From positions 1,152,001-1,216,000 of the forward strand of contig OY970364.1 of assembly GCA_963718565.1 (NCBI GenBank): a stretch of 64,000 nucleotides of DNA, written 5' to 3'. This document shows positions 49,297 through 60,260 of the stretch, piece after piece. The number at the start of each line of letters is the position of its first letter. The first letter of the stretch is position 1. Source of the stretch: an uncultured Verrucomicrobiae bacterium (lineage in GTDB: Bacteria; Chlamydiota; Chlamydiia; Chlamydiales; Rhabdochlamydiaceae). A program made the position numbers and the translations under genes. Under the pieces are notes generated by a model. The model did not search any database. It had not been told where the DNA came from and saw only the letters and a program-made list of their open reading frames with translations.

Positions 49297-50865
49297 ATGA
49301 CTGAGCCAGAGTATCATAGGCACGAAGAGTTTATTAATAGAACCCACAAGCTTGCAGAAGTACAAGCTTTGGGAATGGACCCTTATCCACCCCAGTTTTC
49401 TCCCAGTGCAACTTTTGGCGAGTTGACTTCTCAGTGGGAAGGCAAAGAACTAGGGCATAGCGAAGAAGCAGCTGAAGAAAAAACGGAGTCTGTAAAAGTT
49501 GCTGGCAGGCTTGTGCTTTTCCGTGCAATGGGTAAAAATGCCTTTGCCCATCTGCAAGATGAAACCGGCCGGATTCAGATCATGTTCAACCGCGATTTGA
49601 CCCAAGTCGAAGGGTTTCACCTCACTCCTGAGATGTCCCCGATTAAATGGATCGAAAAAAAAATTGACCTTGGCGACATTCTCGGCGTTGAAGGAAATCT
49701 CTTTCGCACACAAAAGGGAGAATTGACCGTTTTTGCAAAACGTGTCACATTGCTTTGCAAAACACTGCTTCCCTTGCCAGATAAACACAGTGGACTTGCC
49801 GATAAAGGAGTGCGTTATCGCAAACGTTGGCTTGACCTGATCGCTCATCCTGAAGTCGTGCATACGTTTCAAACGCGCTCGCGTATTCTTCAATGGGTTC
49901 GTCAATATTTTGAGCGGCTCGGCTTTATGGAAGTAGAAACACCTGTTTTGCAAAATGTCTATGGGGGAGCTCAGGCCAAGCCATTCATTACCAAACTCAA
50001 CGCCCTGGAACAAGAAATGTTTTTAAGGATCTCTCTTGAGATCCCTTTAAAAAAACTGATTGTCGGAGGCCTGCTCAAAGTTTTTGAAATGGGTAAAGTT
50101 TTCCGCAACGAGGGAATCGACCGAACTCATAATCCAGAGTTCACAGAGCTTGAAGCTTATGCTGCCTATTGGGATTACAACGACATGATGGTTTTGACCG
50201 AAAACTTATTCGAAGAGATCGCGATAAAGCTCTTTGGAACGACCAAACTCTCCTTTAAATCGGAAGAGGGCATTGAAAAAACCATCGATATAAAAGCCCC
50301 CTGGAAGCGCCTATCGATGAAAGAGAGCATCAAGCTCTACGCTAATCTTGATGTCGATCAGTTACATGTGGAACAAATGCGCAAAATTCTTCTTGATAAT
50401 GGCACAGTGGATCCCAAAGAAATCCACACAGCCACGCGAGGCCCTTTAATTGCATTACTCTTCGAAGAATTTGTCGAAGAGCATTTGATCCAACCCCATC
50501 ATATCATCGATCATCCCATTGAAACGACCCCCCTTTGCAAATTGCATCGCGATCCGCAATTGCGCCAGGAGCGTTTTGTCGAGCGATTTGAGACCTTTAT
50601 CCTAGGAGCAGAATTCTGCAATTCCTATACAGAACTCAATGATCCCGTTCTACAACGCAATCTTCTTGTCGAACAGGCGCAAAGGAAAGCTGCTGGCGAT
50701 GAAGAGGCCTCACCCCTCGATGAGGAGTTCATTGAAGCGATTTGTCAAGGCTTGCCTCCAACGGGCGGACTTGGGATCGGCATCGACCGACTCGTGATGC
50801 TCTTTACAGGGGTTCATTCCATCCGAGATATCCTTCTCTTTCCTCTGATGCGTCCTGGAGAATGA
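49297..50865 (+). CDS. lysS: Lysine--tRNA ligase (class II)
   Basis: FRNEGID..HNPEFT, GLGIGIDRL. Confidence 0.98.
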   Translation: MTEPEYHRHEEFINRTHKLAEVQALGMDPYPPQFSPSATFGELTSQWEGKELGHSEEAAEEKTESVKVAGRLVLFRAMGKNAFAHLQDETGRIQIMFNRDLTQVEGFHLTPEMSPIKWIEKKIDLGDILGVEGNLFRTQKGELTVFAKRVTLLCKTLLPLPDKHSGLADKGVRYRKRWLDLIAHPEVVHTFQTRSRILQWVRQYFERLGFMEVETPVLQNVYGGAQAKPFITKLNALEQEMFLRISLEIPLKKLIVGGLLKVFEMGKVFRNEGIDRTHNPEFTELEAYAAYWDYNDMMVLTENLFEEIAIKLFGTTKLSFKSEEGIEKTIDIKAPWKRLSMKESIKLYANLDVDQLHVEQMRKILLDNGTVDPKEIHTATRGPLIALLFEEFVEEHLIQPHHIIDHPIETTPLCKLHRDPQLRQERFVERFETFILGAEFCNSYTELNDPVLQRNLLVEQAQRKAAGDEEASPLDEEFIEAICQGLPPTGGLGIGIDRLVMLFTGVHSIRDILLFPLMRPGE

Positions 50866-50970
50866 CTCCTCGTTGACAACAACGATTACAACTTATTTAG
50901 AATGAGCATCTTGTGAAATTTGCACAAAATGCTTGATTAGTATAAAATGAAGTTAAACTTCGGTTTAGTC

Positions 50971-52140
50971 ATGTTTAAACGGCAAATTGCAGGAGAGCTT
51001 AAAAAAATAGCAAAGGATTATCCGGTTGTCACAGTCATCGGACCTCGACAATCTGGTAAAACGACTCTTGTTCAGGATGTATTTTCCAAAAAATCTTATG
51101 TAAACCTTGAAAATCCAGATACAAGGAAACTTGCTCTGGAAGATCCAAGGGGATTTTTAGAGCAACATCCTGAAGGTGCTATCCTAGATGAAATTCAACG
51201 AGCCCCCGAGCTGCTTTCCTATATCCAGACAATTGTAGATAAAAAAAACCAAAAAGGGCTTTTCATTCTTACCGGAAGCCATCAATGTGAGCTGCAGCAA
51301 GCAATTACCCAATCTTTAGCGGGCCGCACAGCACTTTTAACATTATTGCCCATGAGTATAGATGAACTGTTAAATGCAGGTTTTGACCTATCTCTAGATG
51401 ATATGTTACTTAAAGGGGGGTACCCTCGTATCTATAAAGATCGTTTAGACCCAACAAAAGCTTATCGAAACTACTTTCAGACTTATGTTGAGAGGGATCT
51501 CCGCCAATTAATTCATGTGAAAGATCTGGCGCAATTTGAAAGATTCATACGCATTTGCGCTGGAAGAATTGGACAAATCCTTAACCTAGAGGAAATTGGA
51601 GGGGAAGTAGGAGTTTCTTCTCATACGGTTAAGCATTGGATTTCGATGTTAGAAGCTTCTTTTATTGTTTTTCGTCTTCAGCCCTATTTTGATAATTTTG
51701 GTAAACGGATTATTAAAGCTCCTAAGCTATTTTTCACCGATGTTGGGCTTGCGACCTATTTGCTTGGAATTGAAAATACACTTCAAGTCAGCCGCGATCC
51801 CTTAAGAGGGCATCTTGTGGAAAACCTTGTAGTCCTCGAACTGATGAAATGGAGACTGAACCAGAGTCTAGATCCTCAACTTTATTATTATCGTGATGTC
51901 CAGAAAAATGAGGTAGATGTCATTTTTAAGAATGGGGCTGATTTAATTCCAATCGAGATTAAATCTTCGAAAACTTACAATTCAGAATTTTTAAAAAAAC
52001 TCCATTTCTTTCAGAGTCTTGCAAAAGATCGTGCACCCAGGGGATATCTCATCTATGCGGGTGAACAACAACAGGCCATTCAGAACATTTATCTTCTCAA
52101 TTATAGACGCGCTGTTCTTGCTGTTTCCTCGAAATCTTGA
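50971..52140 (+). CDS. AAA+ ATPase with DUF4143 domain
   Basis: GPRQSGKTT, LDEIQR, GGYP, PKLFFTDVG, EVD...PIEIK. Confidence 0.92.
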   Translation: MFKRQIAGELKKIAKDYPVVTVIGPRQSGKTTLVQDVFSKKSYVNLENPDTRKLALEDPRGFLEQHPEGAILDEIQRAPELLSYIQTIVDKKNQKGLFILTGSHQCELQQAITQSLAGRTALLTLLPMSIDELLNAGFDLSLDDMLLKGGYPRIYKDRLDPTKAYRNYFQTYVERDLRQLIHVKDLAQFERFIRICAGRIGQILNLEEIGGEVGVSSHTVKHWISMLEASFIVFRLQPYFDNFGKRIIKAPKLFFTDVGLATYLLGIENTLQVSRDPLRGHLVENLVVLELMKWRLNQSLDPQLYYYRDVQKNEVDVIFKNGADLIPIEIKSSKTYNSEFLKKLHFFQSLAKDRAPRGYLIYAGEQQQAIQNIYLLNYRRAVLAVSSKS

Positions 52141-52160
52141 TGGGAAAAGGGCGATTTTGG

Positions 52161-52288
52161 GTACGTCCTTAAAAACTTATGGCAAAAGTTGAAGACCATT
52201 TTGATCCATGCCAAACTTACCACTTATCGATCTTGATTGGGCACGGATCGAAATGGTCTTCAACTTTTGCCAGAGTCTTCAAGGAAGT
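52161..52288. mobile_element. Diverged GTACGTCC MITE
   Basis: Left end matches the 131-bp family; right end degenerate. Confidence 0.7.
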
Positions 52289-52982
52289 TAATGTACGTGC
52301 TACCAGTCAAGGTGTGGCCGGAGAGGCTGTTTGATAACGCTCATGAACAAATTGTGCTAAATCGATCGGATCCCATCGAAACCACCGACTCAAATACTCC
52401 CAAAAGCTCACGCCAAGTCTGGCGCATGTCTGCCTCAAGGTTTTTTAGACGGGCTCTGTGAGTCGACGCGAAAAGGGACCCGCCAATCGAGACGAAGTCC
52501 GGGCGGGAGTGAGCGCACGAACAGCCAATCAGGTTTTGTGAATTTGGACTAGAGCAAGGCAAAGCACAATCGAAAAATTTTTATATTAGACATAATGTTA
52601 GAGTAAAACAGAGATTGACAGTATATAAATAAATGTACTAATATAGATTACAGATAATAAAAAAATTGGAGAAAAAAATGAGTTTACAGTCTATCAATTA
52701 TCCTTACAAAGTCGCGGAACTAAATCAAAATTTTATTGATAGAATAAAAGGTTTAAAATCCAATGACATACGGGTAAATCTTTTTATTGGCAGATCGCCC
52801 TCAGGAAATGACTTGCCTTTGCCAATGTCGAGTGCAAAAGAAGTTTGGATTTCTTTATCTGTCGATCGCATTGATGAAAATGCTTTCCTCGACCCAAATC
52901 GCATTCATTTAATTCTTGACTGCAACGCATCCGATCAAATGCAAAAAATTCAAGGTCTATTTCGACTTGTCGTTATTGATCT

Positions 52983-54283
52983 CAGGGCCATTTAACTAAA
53001 AATTTTTGATACCAGATCAGCTAAGATGGCATAATAAATTCCTCAAATTTGGAGGACCTATTATGTCACGCCGTAAGCCAATCGACGCCACAATCCTAGA
53101 AGCTAGTAAGAATTTTGATGCCCGTGTATTCGCGGAAACCGTCAAGGGAGAGTTTGCAGATTTCCCTGATTATCGACGTAATCAAAAACGTGTCTTATAT
53201 CCAGTTTGGTATTTGACTCTTGTTATTCTCTGCGGATTCTTTTGTGGATGCAATACGATTGAGGAAATCGCTGAATATGTTTCTCTGCAGGAGGAGTGGT
53301 TTTCTTCTCTGCTAGGTGAGGAGCTCTCAGCACCTTCCCATGGAGCGCTCTGGTGGTTTTTAGTGAAAACACCCCCTGGTGCGCTCAAGCACTACTTGCA
53401 AAAATGGTTCAGCAAAATTCCTGCTTCATTGCGCGATCAGCTATTGGCGATCGATGGTAAACGGATGAAAGGCGCAAATTTCCTAGGCGGTGTCACACAC
53501 GTAGTGGAGCTATTCGCAGCGGAGGATCGATTATGTCTTGCCGTGGAAAAGGTCCCAAATAAAACAGTCGAAAAGAGCACGTTACCAATCATTTTGGAGC
53601 AAGTGAATGTAGAGGGGGCGATTATTTCAGGAGATGCACATTTCACCGTAGCCGAATCGGCAGAACAAATCGTTGATGCGAAGGCAGATTATCTGCTGGC
53701 TGTTAAGGACAACCAGCCAACGCTGTGCGCTGAAATGGAGAATTTTTTTGATCAAGCTCACGCAGTCGAATGGGAGGAAGTCCCCCATTCGTTTCACCAG
53801 GAAGTAGATAAAGGCCATGGTCGAATCGACATTCGAGAAGTACGAGTCGTCGAGGACCTGGACTGGTTGCCAAATGCGGGCAAATGGAAAAACTTAGTCT
53901 GTCTCATCGAAGTAAGGTCCACGAGGCAAAAACTTGGATCTACTGCCAATGAGGTATTTAGACGGCTATATATTTCGAGTCGTCGAGCATCTGCCAAAGA
54001 TTTTGCTAAATGGACCCGACAGCACTGGAGCATAGAAAACAAATGCCATTGGGTAGCTGATGTGATTTTTGAAGAGGATTATGCATTGACGGATAGAGGG
54101 AATAGTGCGGAGAACATGGGGTTGTTTCGACGTTTGGCTATGAACATGGCTGCAGTTGTAGATCCAGAAAGGGGGCTCGCCTCCGTAAGGCGCGCAGCAA
54201 CTTTCGGTGGTGGGTACTTAAAGGGAATTTTGGCAACATTTTTCTGTTCGAAAATGTCAAAACATTTTAGTTAAATGGCCCTG
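52983..54283 (+). mobile_element. ISAs1-family insertion sequence
   Basis: TIR CAGGGCCATTTAACTAAAA, 10-bp TSD TTATTGATCT. Confidence 0.95.
53063..54274 (+). CDS. ISAs1 transposase
   Basis: LAIDGK, GDA, LAVKDNQPTL, KGHGRI, R.HWSIEN..HW..DV.F.ED. Confidence 0.95.
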   Translation: MSRRKPIDATILEASKNFDARVFAETVKGEFADFPDYRRNQKRVLYPVWYLTLVILCGFFCGCNTIEEIAEYVSLQEEWFSSLLGEELSAPSHGALWWFLVKTPPGALKHYLQKWFSKIPASLRDQLLAIDGKRMKGANFLGGVTHVVELFAAEDRLCLAVEKVPNKTVEKSTLPIILEQVNVEGAIISGDAHFTVAESAEQIVDAKADYLLAVKDNQPTLCAEMENFFDQAHAVEWEEVPHSFHQEVDKGHGRIDIREVRVVEDLDWLPNAGKWKNLVCLIEVRSTRQKLGSTANEVFRRLYISSRRASAKDFAKWTRQHWSIENKCHWVADVIFEEDYALTDRGNSAENMGLFRRLAMNMAAVVDPERGLASVRRAATFGGGYLKGILATFFCSKMSKHFS

Positions 54284-54868
54284 TTATTGATCTTTCAACC
54301 ACTAAATTTTTCGATCTTGGCACATTGGAACTCATCAACCTGACTGTTGAGTCAGGAGGCAGTTTGATTCTTCCTAGTGAATTTCGAACGTTCACTCGTT
54401 ATAACCAAATAGAACCTCAATTTAAAACGGATCATTTTTCACTATCAGTACCTTGTACTAAAGAAAACCATTATAATGAAAAATTAAAAAAATGCCGGGA
54501 AAAATATTTCGAAAAATTATCTGGAAAAAAAGTTGAGAATTCTTCCACAGATGCTAACCTTGAATTAGTCATTAACTCCGATGATTATAGAACTTGGGCC
54601 AAGACGAAAACTTTTGCCAAAGGGGCAACTCCAAAAGACTGTGTCATTGAATATTTGCGCTTTTATGCAGGAAATTGTGGTATTCAGCCTCCATCCTATG
54701 AAGACGAAAAAAATAGTGCCCGAGAACAGACAAAAAGATCATTGCTTGAATCATTTGATCATGTTGAAATTTGCCATCAAAGCTATCCCTACCCTAATCG
54801 CTATGATAATAATGGCACAACTCCTAGCTTCTACTTTCATGCTTCAGGAAAAAAATGAACTGACACTC

Positions 54869-55132
54869 TTATCTTTTACCAGCACACTCCTTGAGAAGGC
54901 CTTGGACAAGTCGAAGACCATGGTCTGTCAGATACACGGCACTCCCTTCTCCTTTCTTGATGAAATTGGCCTGGGCAAGATCCCGCGCAATCACATCGGC
55001 TCCACGGTCGTTTTGACCAATGGCGCGACCAATCATAAACCGATCGACTTCTAATTGAATATCGCCAGATTGACATGCTAATTCATGAAGTTTTAAGAGA
55101 AAGAGTTCATCTTTGGTTGTTTTTTGGTTCAT
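54869..55132 (-). CDS. Small hypothetical protein (winged-helix-like)
   Basis: ATGA overlap with cysS; LAQANFIKK...VYLTDHG. Confidence 0.7.
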   Translation of the reverse strand: MNQKTTKDELFLLKLHELACQSGDIQLEVDRFMIGRAIGQNDRGADVIARDLAQANFIKKGEGSAVYLTDHGLRLVQGLLKECAGKR

Positions 55133-56583
55133 ATTCCCTTCTTTTTTAGTCTGACGCCATGCGGAGTATCTTCGATGATGTAACCTCGAGATTGGATAAG
55201 ATCTCGACATTCATCCGCTAATTTCCAGTTTTTTTCCACACGTGCGGTTTCTCTTTTTTTAAGTACTTCCTCAAGTTCCGGAAGCGCCGGTTCTTCAGGT
55301 TTTAATGGAAGCACTCCTAAAACTTGATCGATCTTAGCAAGAAAATCCATCACATCCTCTGCCTCAGAAATTCCGATTTTTCTCAGGTCACATAGCATGT
55401 TGACCTCGCGCACCATGTCGAAAATTGCAGCCAAAGCAGGCGAGATATTGAGGTCATCAGCCAAATGTGCCATAAATTGGTCCGTTGTCTTTTCTAAAAG
55501 AGGTAGAATGAATCCCCGATCTTTTTTCACATCGAGAGCTTCATGCGTTTTTTCGCGCCGAATATCCTGCAGGCGCAAAACAAAGTCAGAAAGCCGTGTT
55601 AGAGTCTGTGCTGCAGCATCAAGTCCTGCCAAAGTAAAGTTGAGCTGAGTGCGATAATGAGTCTGAAGCAACATGTAACGGACCTGCCCACCTGCATAGC
55701 CTTTGTTCATGAGATCGCGAAGAGTATAAAAATTCCCTAAACTCTTTGACATCTTCTTATGGTCGACGAGGAGATGTTCCACGTGAAGCCAATGTTTGAC
55801 AAAATTGCAAGAAGTATATCCTTCGGATTGAGCAATTTCATTTTCATGGTGTGGGAACATATTATCAACGCCACCGACATGGATATCGATTGTCTCTCCG
55901 AGCAGTTTCATTGCCATTGCGGAACATTCGATATGCCAACCGGGACGGCCTTTTCCAAATGGACTTTCCCAAAAAATATCACCATCGCGCACACGATCAT
56001 AGGCTTTCCAAAGGACAAAGTCGCTGATGTTTTCTTTGTCATACTCATCCGCAGCAACGCGTTTCGAAGCGCCCGCCTTCAATTCGTTTAAATGCAAATG
56101 AGAAAGCCTGCCGTAGGATGGAAATTTAGCAATTGCAAAATAGATGCTTCCGTCATGACCGCGATAAGCCAGACCTTTTTCAATGAGCCTCTGAGTGATT
56201 GTGATCATTTCAGGAATATAATCTGTTGCTTGCGGATAATGTTCGACGTGTTCGATGCCAAGAGCCTTTAAGTCTTCAAAAAAAGCATCTTTAAAGGGCT
56301 GTGTGAAAGCATCGAGGGATATCTTTTTTTCAAGAGCTCCCTTAATCGTCTTATCATCCACATCGGTGAGGTTCATCGCCTGCACGATCGAAAAGCCAAA
56401 AAGTTTTATCGCACGGCGCAGCAGATCTTCAAAGACATAAGTGCGAAAGTTGCCGATATGTGCAAAATGATACACAGTAGGACCGCAAGTATACATGCGA
56501 ATGGTTCGGCCATCTGAAGGGCGGATCTCTTCTTTTTCTCGACTTTCTGTATTGTAAAGTTTTAATTTTCTTCCCTGTATCAT
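55129..56583 (-). CDS. cysS: Cysteine--tRNA ligase
   Basis: CGPTVY, HIGN, PGWHIECS, KMSKS. Confidence 0.98.
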   Translation of the reverse strand: MIQGRKLKLYNTESREKEEIRPSDGRTIRMYTCGPTVYHFAHIGNFRTYVFEDLLRRAIKLFGFSIVQAMNLTDVDDKTIKGALEKKISLDAFTQPFKDAFFEDLKALGIEHVEHYPQATDYIPEMITITQRLIEKGLAYRGHDGSIYFAIAKFPSYGRLSHLHLNELKAGASKRVAADEYDKENISDFVLWKAYDRVRDGDIFWESPFGKGRPGWHIECSAMAMKLLGETIDIHVGGVDNMFPHHENEIAQSEGYTSCNFVKHWLHVEHLLVDHKKMSKSLGNFYTLRDLMNKGYAGGQVRYMLLQTHYRTQLNFTLAGLDAAAQTLTRLSDFVLRLQDIRREKTHEALDVKKDRGFILPLLEKTTDQFMAHLADDLNISPALAAIFDMVREVNMLCDLRKIGISEAEDVMDFLAKIDQVLGVLPLKPEEPALPELEEVLKKRETARVEKNWKLADECRDLIQSRGYIIEDTPHGVRLKKKGI

Positions 56584-56590
56584 TTGAATT

Positions 56591-59293
56591 CTACTCAGCT
56601 AATTCGTCTAAGAGACGATAATGCGTTTTACCTGTGCCGGTCAAGGGAATCTGATCAAGAGTGCGCACCTCGGAAATCTTGACGATCCTTCCCATCCCAC
56701 TACTTTTAAGCGCTGAATTGACATCTTCTTTAGAAATGGCAAAGATCGTATACAAGATAATCACTGGCTTTTCCGTTTCTTTTTCACGCACGCTGACTGC
56801 TAGCGCAGGTCCCTCTTCATGCCCCGTGATCCAACGTCTTTCTCGAGCAAGGTGCATGAGCTCATCCTCGATCCCGCCTAAGCTGATCATTTCGCCTCCA
56901 ATTTTTATAAATCGCTTTAGACGTCCCGACAAGATCAAATGCCCCTCTTCACTTAAAAGTCCGCGATCTCCGGATGCATACCAACGTTGATTATTGATGG
57001 TGACAAATGGGTCACGTGGATTCCCTAAATAGCCGTTGAAGACGTTGGGACCCGCAATGCATACCTCTCCTTCCTGCCCAGGGGGAAGCGATTGAAGAGA
57101 AGCTGAATCCATGATCATCAGATCTACGCCAAGAAGCGGTTTGCCTACTCCTCTATGCGGCTCGCCAAGGCGATCAATTGTCACAACTGGACTACATTCG
57201 GTAATCCCATATCCTTCCAGAAACTGTACCTTAGGTAAATGCTCCTTTGCATAATCGAAGAGCTCTTGCGGAGTCTTTTCCGCACCTGAGACGATGATGT
57301 GTAAAGAGTGCAACTGCTCGGGCTTAGACACACGAAAAATTGCTTTAATAAAACTCGGGGCGCAGCAGAACAATGTCGGTTTCCACTCAGCGATCTCCCG
57401 AGCCAGGCCATGGCTGTCATTGGGATTCGGCGAAAAATAAACCCGCATTCCAATTAAAAGTGGGTACAGTCCGGTGACTGAAAAACCAAAAGAATGAAAC
57501 GGCGGTAGAGTGCCAAGAAGAATCTCTTCTGGAAGCAGAGGGACTGTTGCGAGGCAAGCGCGCTGATTGCTGAGTAGATTAAAATGAGAAAGAGGAACAC
57601 CCTTGGGAAGGGCCTCGGTTCCGCTTGTAAATAAGATCACTGCAGGGTCGGAAGAGGAAATCTGGTGAAGATGTAATCTCTTTAATAAACTTCTCAGAGA
57701 TATCATGCTTAATGCAAGGGCACGAAGCTTGTCTCCGAAACTCACACTTTTGCGGACATCTTCGAGAAAAAGGAACATCTCTTCAATTTTTCCCAGTTCG
57801 TCATTTTCTAATCGATCGAGGAAACGCGAAGAGGTAATCACTACCTTAAGTTCGGTAAGATCTGCTGCATGGTCGAGCGCTTTGACGCCTGATGTCCAAT
57901 TTATCATCACAGGCACTTTTCCAGAAAAAAGAACTGCGAGAATAACCAAATATGCTCCTGAGGTGGAGGGTAGCATGATTCCAATATGCTTGCCGGGTAA
58001 TTTTCTAAATTTATCCGAAAGTAAAAGAACGGCTAATTTCAATTTTCGATACGTGAGTGGTCCAGATAAAGCATCGCAACAAGCAATTAAGGACCTATTG
58101 CGATCTACACTGTGCAAAAACGCCTCCTGAACTGTTTTTCCCGATGGAAGTTCAAGAGGAAGGCGTTTTTCTTCAGGCCAAGCATATTTTCGCTCCGCGG
58201 CTACGGATTCTTCATCTTCGCGTCCTCGTTTATAGCCAGCTGCTGCCTGTAATACATCTTCGACCGTATGCAAATCTCCCGGCAATAAATTGCTGATGGC
58301 ATAGCGTTCGTCCAAAAACAGATAAAGATTGGCGACGTCGAGTGAATCTAAGCCTAAATCATGAGAAAGGTGCATTTTGCGCTCGATTTTCTCTGCGGGT
58401 CTTCCGCAAAAGGATGCTAAATGCGAAAAAACTTCTTCCTGAATTTTTTTAGGAACAGAACGTTCTTCTATTGGCTGTGGCTGGCTTGTTGGAATGTAAA
58501 CCTTAGGCAGTTCTTTTTTCCAAAAAGCATAAGAAACAAGTTTGAGCGGCTCAGGGCCTTTTTCTGGATAACGATTGTACCAATCTTCCAAAGACTTATT
58601 AAATTCAAGACGAGAACCTTGAAAAGGAAAATCAGCAGGAGGAGGTTCCGCTTCGACGATCACATCCCGTTTTGGCGCAAAGAAGATTCCATTTTTAAGC
58701 AAGATTTTCACACATTCCCAAAGAACTTTGCCAAAATCTGGGGAAGCGCCTGTCAATGCGCGCGAGAATTTGCTCCCCCAAAGCCCTGTTGTCCGAATCA
58801 ACACGAGATTTACTTCAGGGCAAACTTGCAGTAAGTGATGGACAAAGGAAGCACCTCCAATCAGCTCCATCCCTGTCTGTTTAAGGCGCCCAGAAGGGTA
58901 GATCAAAAAGTTTTTTTTGTTTTTTAATTCGTCAATGACTTGATTCAACTGTTTTTCCACTTTCTTGCCGCGCCATTTGTTAGCCATGGCGTCCATAGTC
59001 GGTAAAGGCATTGCTTTGACCATGTCCATGAAAAAACGAAATCCTTTCAGATGGTAAAAATGTTCCACAACAAGAGGTCTGGGGCGGAATGTGCGCCAGA
59101 GGATCATTTCTAGAAGGATAGGATCGATTTCTGCGGGATGGTTAGGCAAAAAAACGATGCCCCCAGAACGTTTAAATGAATCAAGGGTCAGTTTATCTAT
59201 TCCTTTGACAACCAACCGGTATCTTAGAGCCACAACGAGGCGGACAAGCCAGAATATCAGATACAGTCCTGCAGTGGTCACTTTTTCTCTCAT
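56591..59293 (-). CDS. aas: Aas-like acyltransferase / ACP / acyl-ACP synthetase fusion
   Basis: NHPAEID acyltransferase, DLGLDSLD carrier site, FTSGTEALPKGV and EGYGITE adenylation motifs. Confidence 0.88.
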   Translation of the reverse strand: MREKVTTAGLYLIFWLVRLVVALRYRLVVKGIDKLTLDSFKRSGGIVFLPNHPAEIDPILLEMILWRTFRPRPLVVEHFYHLKGFRFFMDMVKAMPLPTMDAMANKWRGKKVEKQLNQVIDELKNKKNFLIYPSGRLKQTGMELIGGASFVHHLLQVCPEVNLVLIRTTGLWGSKFSRALTGASPDFGKVLWECVKILLKNGIFFAPKRDVIVEAEPPPADFPFQGSRLEFNKSLEDWYNRYPEKGPEPLKLVSYAFWKKELPKVYIPTSQPQPIEERSVPKKIQEEVFSHLASFCGRPAEKIERKMHLSHDLGLDSLDVANLYLFLDERYAISNLLPGDLHTVEDVLQAAAGYKRGREDEESVAAERKYAWPEEKRLPLELPSGKTVQEAFLHSVDRNRSLIACCDALSGPLTYRKLKLAVLLLSDKFRKLPGKHIGIMLPSTSGAYLVILAVLFSGKVPVMINWTSGVKALDHAADLTELKVVITSSRFLDRLENDELGKIEEMFLFLEDVRKSVSFGDKLRALALSMISLRSLLKRLHLHQISSSDPAVILFTSGTEALPKGVPLSHFNLLSNQRACLATVPLLPEEILLGTLPPFHSFGFSVTGLYPLLIGMRVYFSPNPNDSHGLAREIAEWKPTLFCCAPSFIKAIFRVSKPEQLHSLHIIVSGAEKTPQELFDYAKEHLPKVQFLEGYGITECSPVVTIDRLGEPHRGVGKPLLGVDLMIMDSASLQSLPPGQEGEVCIAGPNVFNGYLGNPRDPFVTINNQRWYASGDRGLLSEEGHLILSGRLKRFIKIGGEMISLGGIEDELMHLARERRWITGHEEGPALAVSVREKETEKPVIILYTIFAISKEDVNSALKSSGMGRIVKISEVRTLDQIPLTGTGKTHYRLLDELAE

Positions 59294-59985
59294 CAGCAAC
59301 ACCTTTTTAAGACGTATTTTAAAATAAAGCAAAAATCTATTCCAGCAAGAACTATAGTATAACTAGCACGCATGACTTATAAGCAAGATGTAATTATAGG
59401 TCATAAATACAGTTTGACATAATAATTCCACAGATGTAATAATGAGCTTTAATTAGACTTTGTTTATAATCGTGAAAAAAAATCGAACAACCTCGGGTTT
59501 TTCTGAAAAATCTTTTTCCGTCGCCTTTGAACAGATAGCCACACTTCTGCGCTCAGAGGTAAAATGGAAGGATAGATTTACCCAAGTCTTCTCCCCCAGT
59601 TCTTTACCTGCGTCTTTTACTCACTGTTTTAAACAAATTGCTAAACTCCTTCGCTCAGAGCTCCTATCTTCAAAAAAGCCTTCAAAACGAAAGACCACTC
59701 GGTTTATACCGAAATGAACTCAAGGTTTGTATCGGATACAGGAATAAAGGGTTGTTAACGATTTATAACCTCCGCGGCTCTGCGTCTTTGCGTTGATCCC
59801 CTGCCGACTGTGTTCGTACAGGCGTTACAGGGGGCTAAAAAAACCAATTTTTGAAGTTTCTTCAGTATATTAAGAAATAATTAAGATTAAAATTAAGAAA
59901 TAAAACTTATTCCGTTAAATCTTTGAATTTTTATAATCACGAGACACAAAGAAGTTCTTGTTCTTTTTTAAAATCAGGAGGAATT

Positions 59986-60240
59986 ATGATTGAAAGAGCT
60001 GCGGGTCAGCAACCTGCAAAACCTGTCACACCACCTACCCAGCCTGCGCGAGTAGATACAGGAGAGATGCCTCAGGAGTTAGTACATGTCACTAAAGATA
60101 TTCAAAATTTCATAGACCGAAAGGGACATAGCTTGCTTGGAGCGGGAACACCCCATGAATACTCTAACCGACCTATTGGAGACTTAAACAGAGTATCTCG
60201 ATTCATCTCGAGTGTCATTGTGCACAATAAGAAACCTTGA
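59986..60240 (+). CDS. Small hypothetical protein
   Basis: AGGAGG RBS, Pro-rich N-terminus. Confidence 0.55.
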   Translation: MIERAAGQQPAKPVTPPTQPARVDTGEMPQELVHVTKDIQNFIDRKGHSLLGAGTPHEYSNRPIGDLNRVSRFISSVIVHNKKP

Positions 60241-60260
60241 CCCGGATAGAGAAAACACTA

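Larger units (their letters stand above)
52678..54858 (+). pseudogene. Hypothetical gene (about 289 aa) split by ISAs1
   Basis: Removing the IS and one TSD joins VVIDL-STTKFFDLGTLELIN in frame. Confidence 0.8.

Noticed and set aside
52308..52530. GGTGTGGCCGGAGAGGC as a tRNA 5' end or ncRNA
   Set aside because: No T-arm GTTCRA or acceptor stem; weak IS5-like ends (GAGGCTGTTTGA / TAGACGGGCTC) lack a TSD, so left unannotated
59460..59717. 85-aa ORF with a repeated QIA.LLRSE motif
   Set aside because: No clear RBS or recognisable family; too weak to call
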